Below, one piece after another: positions 60,406 to 64,000 of a stretch of DNA of 64,000 bases. The translations under genes and the position numbers were made by a program. Position 1 is the first letter of the stretch, and each line of letters begins with the position of its first letter. The notes below the pieces were generated by a model. The model had not been told where the DNA came from, made no database searches, and worked only from the letters and a program-made list of their open reading frames with translations. The DNA is from Spirochaetia bacterium (GTDB taxonomy: Bacteria; Spirochaetota; Spirochaetia; UBA9216), in NCBI GenBank assembly GCA_965140585.1, contig OZ223270.1, positions 224,001 through 288,000 on the forward strand, in the 5' to 3' direction.

Positions 60406-61419
60406 TCACTTCAGGTTTAAATCACATACTGATGCCCCGGGAATAAGTTCGCCGGGTACTGAAATAACTTCCGGACTGAAGCTGTCGGAGCTCTCAATAT
60501 TACGAATCAGCTGATAAGCCATCTGCTTTCCAAGCATCTCACCATTCTGTCTGTATGTCGTCAGCGGCGGATGAAGAAGCCTTGAAAGCAGTATTCCGTC
60601 ATAGCCTGCAACCGAAATATCCCTTCCTATTTCAAGCTGCATCTCCTGAATCACCTTGATGCCTCCAAGAATTGCAAAGTCATCCGGATACAAAATACAG
60701 GTCGGCGGTTCTTTCATGGCAAGAAGCGATCTGGTGGCTTCTTCGCTCTGCCCCGGTTCGTGATACATTCCTTCCAGAAGAAAATCCGCCGGAACTGAGA
60801 TTCCGTTTTCACCGCAGACTTCCAGAAACGATTCAAGGCGCTGACTGGTTACATCAGTGTCCTCTCCGTAGATAAAGGCAATTCTCCTGTGACCAAGGCT
60901 GACCACATGCTCGGTAAGCTTCCTCATACCTTTAGCATTGTCACTCACAACCGCAGTATGACCATCTACAACATGGTCAAGGGTTGTAACCGGGATACCG
61001 CTTGTAAGCAGCTGGATGATATCAGGCTTAGAATAATCAACTACAACCATGGCAATACCGTCGCATCCGCGGTATCTTGTATGCTTGAAATAATTATCCT
61101 GGCCGCCCAGATTGTTGCTGATAAAGGTTATGTCATAACCCCTTGATTCCGCCTCAACCTTGAGACTGTCGAATATGGTGGCAAAGTATCCGTGCTGGAG
61201 CCCGCTATTTGTTTTATCTTCGAAAATTACGCCGATATTGTATGTCCTGCTTGTTTTGAGCGCACGTGCAGCTGAGTTGGGCTGATACCCAAGCTCTTCG
61301 GCCGCTGCCCTTACCCTCTTCGCGGTCTGTTCTCCTATTTCCCGGCTGCCGTTTAGCACCTTGCTTACAGTGGACAGTGAAACATTGCATTTTTCAGCTA
61401 CATCCTTCAATTTAGCCAT
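60406..61419 (-). CDS. LacI family transcriptional regulator
   Basis: LKDVAEKCNVSLSTVSKVLNG, GYQPN, DISVAGYDG. Confidence 0.93.
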   Translation of the reverse strand: MAKLKDVAEKCNVSLSTVSKVLNGSREIGEQTAKRVRAAAEELGYQPNSAARALKTSRTYNIGVIFEDKTNSGLQHGYFATIFDSLKVEAESRGYDITFISNNLGGQDNYFKHTRYRGCDGIAMVVVDYSKPDIIQLLTSGIPVTTLDHVVDGHTAVVSDNAKGMRKLTEHVVSLGHRRIAFIYGEDTDVTSQRLESFLEVCGENGISVPADFLLEGMYHEPGQSEEATRSLLAMKEPPTCILYPDDFAILGGIKVIQEMQLEIGRDISVAGYDGILLSRLLHPPLTTYRQNGEMLGKQMAYQLIRNIESSDSFSPEVISVPGELIPGASVCDLNLK

Positions 61420-61428
61420 TTATGCTCC

Positions 61429-61464
61429 TTTCTGATTTACTACAACGTTGTAGTAAATCAGAAA
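61429..61464. promoter_or_regulatory. Perfect 36-bp palindrome with LacI-type core TACAACGTTGTA abutting the lacI SD
   Basis: TTTCTGATTTACTACAAC|GTTGTAGTAAATCAGAAA. Confidence 0.65.
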
Positions 61465-61491
61465 AATAAAACCAATCCAAGCCCCGCATTC

Positions 61492-63894
61492 TCATAAAAG
61501 AACAGCCTCCACTTCAGCGCTTCTGCTCATGCCTCTAAGTAGATCTTCTGTTATAACATTCCCCGGACATACCAGACCATTTATCCTGAACTCGCGGACG
61601 CCACCGCAGCAGGATTCAGGATTTGAAATTTTTATGCTGAGATCAATTCCGCGAAACTTCCGTTTCACTGTGAACCCATCCCAGGAGGCGGGGATACAGG
61701 GGTCTATTTTCAGGCCTTCAAACACCGGCCGTATTCCAAGAATGTACTCTGTTGCGGCCCTGTATGCCCATGCGGCAGTTCCTGTAAGCCAGGAGTTCCG
61801 CCCAAGACCGAAGCATGGATGTTCGTCACTCAGAATATTCTGGGCATAGCAGTAGGGTTCGCATTCATAAGTATCAATAATTTCATTTTTAGCCGCAGGA
61901 TTAATTGCGCAGTAATAGTCAAAAGCTCTCTCTCCGTTACCAAGCATTGATTCGGCTATCATAACCCATGGGTTTGCGTGAAGAAATATTCCCGCATTCT
62001 CCTTTGCTCCCGGCGGATATGTTGTGACACCGCCCTTTTCGGGATCATAGCCTTCATATCCAGGACTCATCAGTTTGATTCCCGCTTCAGTCGCAAGCCG
62101 CCGGTTTACAGAATCAAGAGCCCTGACAGCCCTGTCCCTCGGGGCAAAGCCGCTTAATACCGCCCAGCTCTGTGCATTAGCAAAGATTGATGCATACCTG
62201 TCTTCAGGTGCACCGAGAGCCTTCCCCCTGTGATCGAAATAGCGGACATACCAGTCGCCGACCCAGGCTTCGGCATTAAAGATATCTTTCATTTTCACAT
62301 AATCCGCCTGAAGCCTTTCAACCAAAGCTGAATCCAGACCGCAGTATTCCAGAAGCTGAATCATTTCGCTTAAAGCAAAGCCGTAAAGACATGCTATGAA
62401 AGAAGATTCTGCTCCGGCAGGGAGATTAACAGTATCATTCCAGTCTGCAAAACCCAGAAGAGGAAGCCCGTGAGCTCCGGTGTTCTCTCCGGTAAATTTC
62501 AACGCCCGCAGCAAATGCTCAAGCACCGATGCAGATTCATCTGAATCATAAAATCTGATTTCTTTATCAAGGAAGGAAGTGTCACCGGTTTCTTTTATAA
62601 GCGAACATACAGCATATACAGCCCATAGGTGATCATCGCCGTAATACTGAGGCCGGTCGGGCATTTCTTCAGTTTCCCCCGGATGAGCTTCCCCCGAAAG
62701 AGGATTGTACTGATGCATTGCTGAACCGTTGGTTTTCTGGGTTTTAAGGATTTCCAGAAGGTAGTCAGCAGCCTCGGCCGGTTTCTGCGATATGATTCCG
62801 CATACATCCTGACAGGCATCCCTGAAACCTATTCCCCGTGCCCCGTATCCGGTCTGATAAATCGAAAGATATCGCGCCCAGTTCTTGGTTATGTAGCACT
62901 GCCTGGGATTATGAATATTCACCATGCTGTTCATATCATCAGCAGGAGTTTTGGCCTGAAAATAAGAAAGATGCTCATCCCAGAAATTCTTAATATTGCT
63001 GAAAGCTGAATTAACAACATCTTCAGAGCTGAACCTCTCAACAGCAGACACAGCACCGGCTTCCGAATCCGCCTGCCCGAGCATGGTAAAGAAGCGCTCA
63101 GTTTTTCCCGGAGCTATCTCAAGAGGAATCATAAGTACGGCTATATTATCACCGCGCTTCGCCTCTGTTCCCGGCAGTTCAGCTGCACTCAGGGCTGCAG
63201 GAGATTTCCACGAGCCGTATTCATTTGAACCAATAAAAACCCTCCGATCTGTTTCGAAGGATGAAGCAGCCCTGCTGGAACTGAAATAATTAAGCATTGT
63301 GTCGCGGTTCATATAGGCGGACTGAAGCAGAACAGTACTGCCAGAACTGCTTTTTACGGCACGGCTCTGCATGGTCTGGGGAACCCAGTCAGCGTTTGTA
63401 AGCTGCTTTAGCGCATCGAAGTGAGAATATTCTACAGCCGGAATGAAATCCAGCTTCAGCGTTTTATCGGACTTATTATGAATCCTGACATCCCTGATTT
63501 CAAGTTTTTCATCAACCGGGACAAAGATACAAATCTCTGATTCAAACTCTCCGGAATCAGTCTTTAAGATCAGGTACTGTGTTCCGATACGGCATTCATA
63601 ACTAATAATCCCTTCAGGAGAGGGCAGATAAAACGGGCTCAGAAGCCTGTAACCCGAAGCATCCTTAATCCGAATATATGCAGTAGTTCCGCGCATCTCG
63701 CCGGCAACCAGGAATGAGAGGTAACGTGTTATCCGGTTCAGAGCCGGGTCACCGCAGCAGAGCAGGGCTCCGCCTGTATGGTCGACAAAACCGCCGAAGG
63801 CAATTGTGCCGATATAGTTTATCCATTTAACAGGTGTGAGAGGATTGGTAATAACGTATTCCTTTGAATCATCATCAAAGTAGCCGTATGTCAC
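61492..63894 (-). CDS. GH94 glycoside phosphorylase (cellobiose/cellodextrin/chitobiose phosphorylase family)
   Basis: YGYFDD..EYVIT, GFRD, DDHLW, ADWNDT, GAKENAGIF.HANPW, EPY, WLTGTAAW. Confidence 0.92.
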   Translation of the reverse strand: MTYGYFDDDSKEYVITNPLTPVKWINYIGTIAFGGFVDHTGGALLCCGDPALNRITRYLSFLVAGEMRGTTAYIRIKDASGYRLLSPFYLPSPEGIISYECRIGTQYLILKTDSGEFESEICIFVPVDEKLEIRDVRIHNKSDKTLKLDFIPAVEYSHFDALKQLTNADWVPQTMQSRAVKSSSGSTVLLQSAYMNRDTMLNYFSSSRAASSFETDRRVFIGSNEYGSWKSPAALSAAELPGTEAKRGDNIAVLMIPLEIAPGKTERFFTMLGQADSEAGAVSAVERFSSEDVVNSAFSNIKNFWDEHLSYFQAKTPADDMNSMVNIHNPRQCYITKNWARYLSIYQTGYGARGIGFRDACQDVCGIISQKPAEAADYLLEILKTQKTNGSAMHQYNPLSGEAHPGETEEMPDRPQYYGDDHLWAVYAVCSLIKETGDTSFLDKEIRFYDSDESASVLEHLLRALKFTGENTGAHGLPLLGFADWNDTVNLPAGAESSFIACLYGFALSEMIQLLEYCGLDSALVERLQADYVKMKDIFNAEAWVGDWYVRYFDHRGKALGAPEDRYASIFANAQSWAVLSGFAPRDRAVRALDSVNRRLATEAGIKLMSPGYEGYDPEKGGVTTYPPGAKENAGIFLHANPWVMIAESMLGNGERAFDYYCAINPAAKNEIIDTYECEPYCYAQNILSDEHPCFGLGRNSWLTGTAAWAYRAATEYILGIRPVFEGLKIDPCIPASWDGFTVKRKFRGIDLSIKISNPESCCGGVREFRINGLVCPGNVITEDLLRGMSRSAEVEAVLL

Positions 63895-64000
63895 AGAAGC
63901 ACCTCTACATAATGTTCTGAATTATCAGAGAAGTAAGGAACGAACTTGCCCTCCACAGACATTCCGTCTACCTTCACCGAAGGAGCTTCACCGGCAGACG
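63891..64000 (-). CDS. C-terminus of an upstream gene, probably a second GH94 phosphorylase (partial)
   Basis: ...VKVDGMSVEGKFVPYFSDNSEHYVEVLL*; GTGA overlap with the next gene; resembles GH94 C-terminal ends. Confidence 0.55.
   Translation of the reverse strand, partial: SAGEAPSVKVDGMSVEGKFVPYFSDNSEHYVEVLL

Noticed and set aside
25-63289. Numerous short ORFs in the track that overlap larger genes on the opposite strand or in another frame (e.g. 1672..2367, 41256..41984, 50546..51004)
   Set aside because: They are shadow ORFs of well-supported genes, with no motifs or SD
1-64000. CRISPR array, prophage, integrase or anti-phage defence genes
   Set aside because: No regularly spaced repeats and no recognisable cas, phage, recombinase or defence motifs were seen by eye

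Overview
A 64-kb bacterial chromosomal window, probably from a free-living or anaerobic spirochaete. This is inferred from the 'FAGG/FASG' signal peptides on the solute-binding proteins and from gene content. The window is dominated by transport and catabolic modules. The left part (1-14.3 kb) holds an M20 peptidase with a YfcC transporter, two flavodoxin-like genes, a dCache histidine kinase with its receiver, trxA, and a MarR-wrbA pair. It also holds a module of two paralogous LysR genes flanking a cystatin-like lipoprotein and an FMN-bind/FAD reductase lipoprotein. An AT-richer accessory region (about 14.3-32.3 kb) starts at an IS3 remnant that truncates a PAS/DUF438-type gene and ends at a 3' half of tRNA-Arg(CCT), a probable att site. 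It carries a decaying esterase/EltD/GH51 operon and an intact Opp-type ABC + hydrolase + CapA operon. Next come a LacI-TAXI-DapA-like module, a cluster of IS256/IS3 relics around a PAS-MCP, and a FadR-controlled TRAP/DUF169/dehydrogenase/LplA/enolase cluster with an adjacent TauE gene. The window ends with a GH5-HEAT lipoprotein and a GH94/ABC/GH1 beta-glucoside locus. No CRISPR array, rRNA, intact tRNA or integrase was seen. All assignments come from recognising motifs by eye; no database searches were run.
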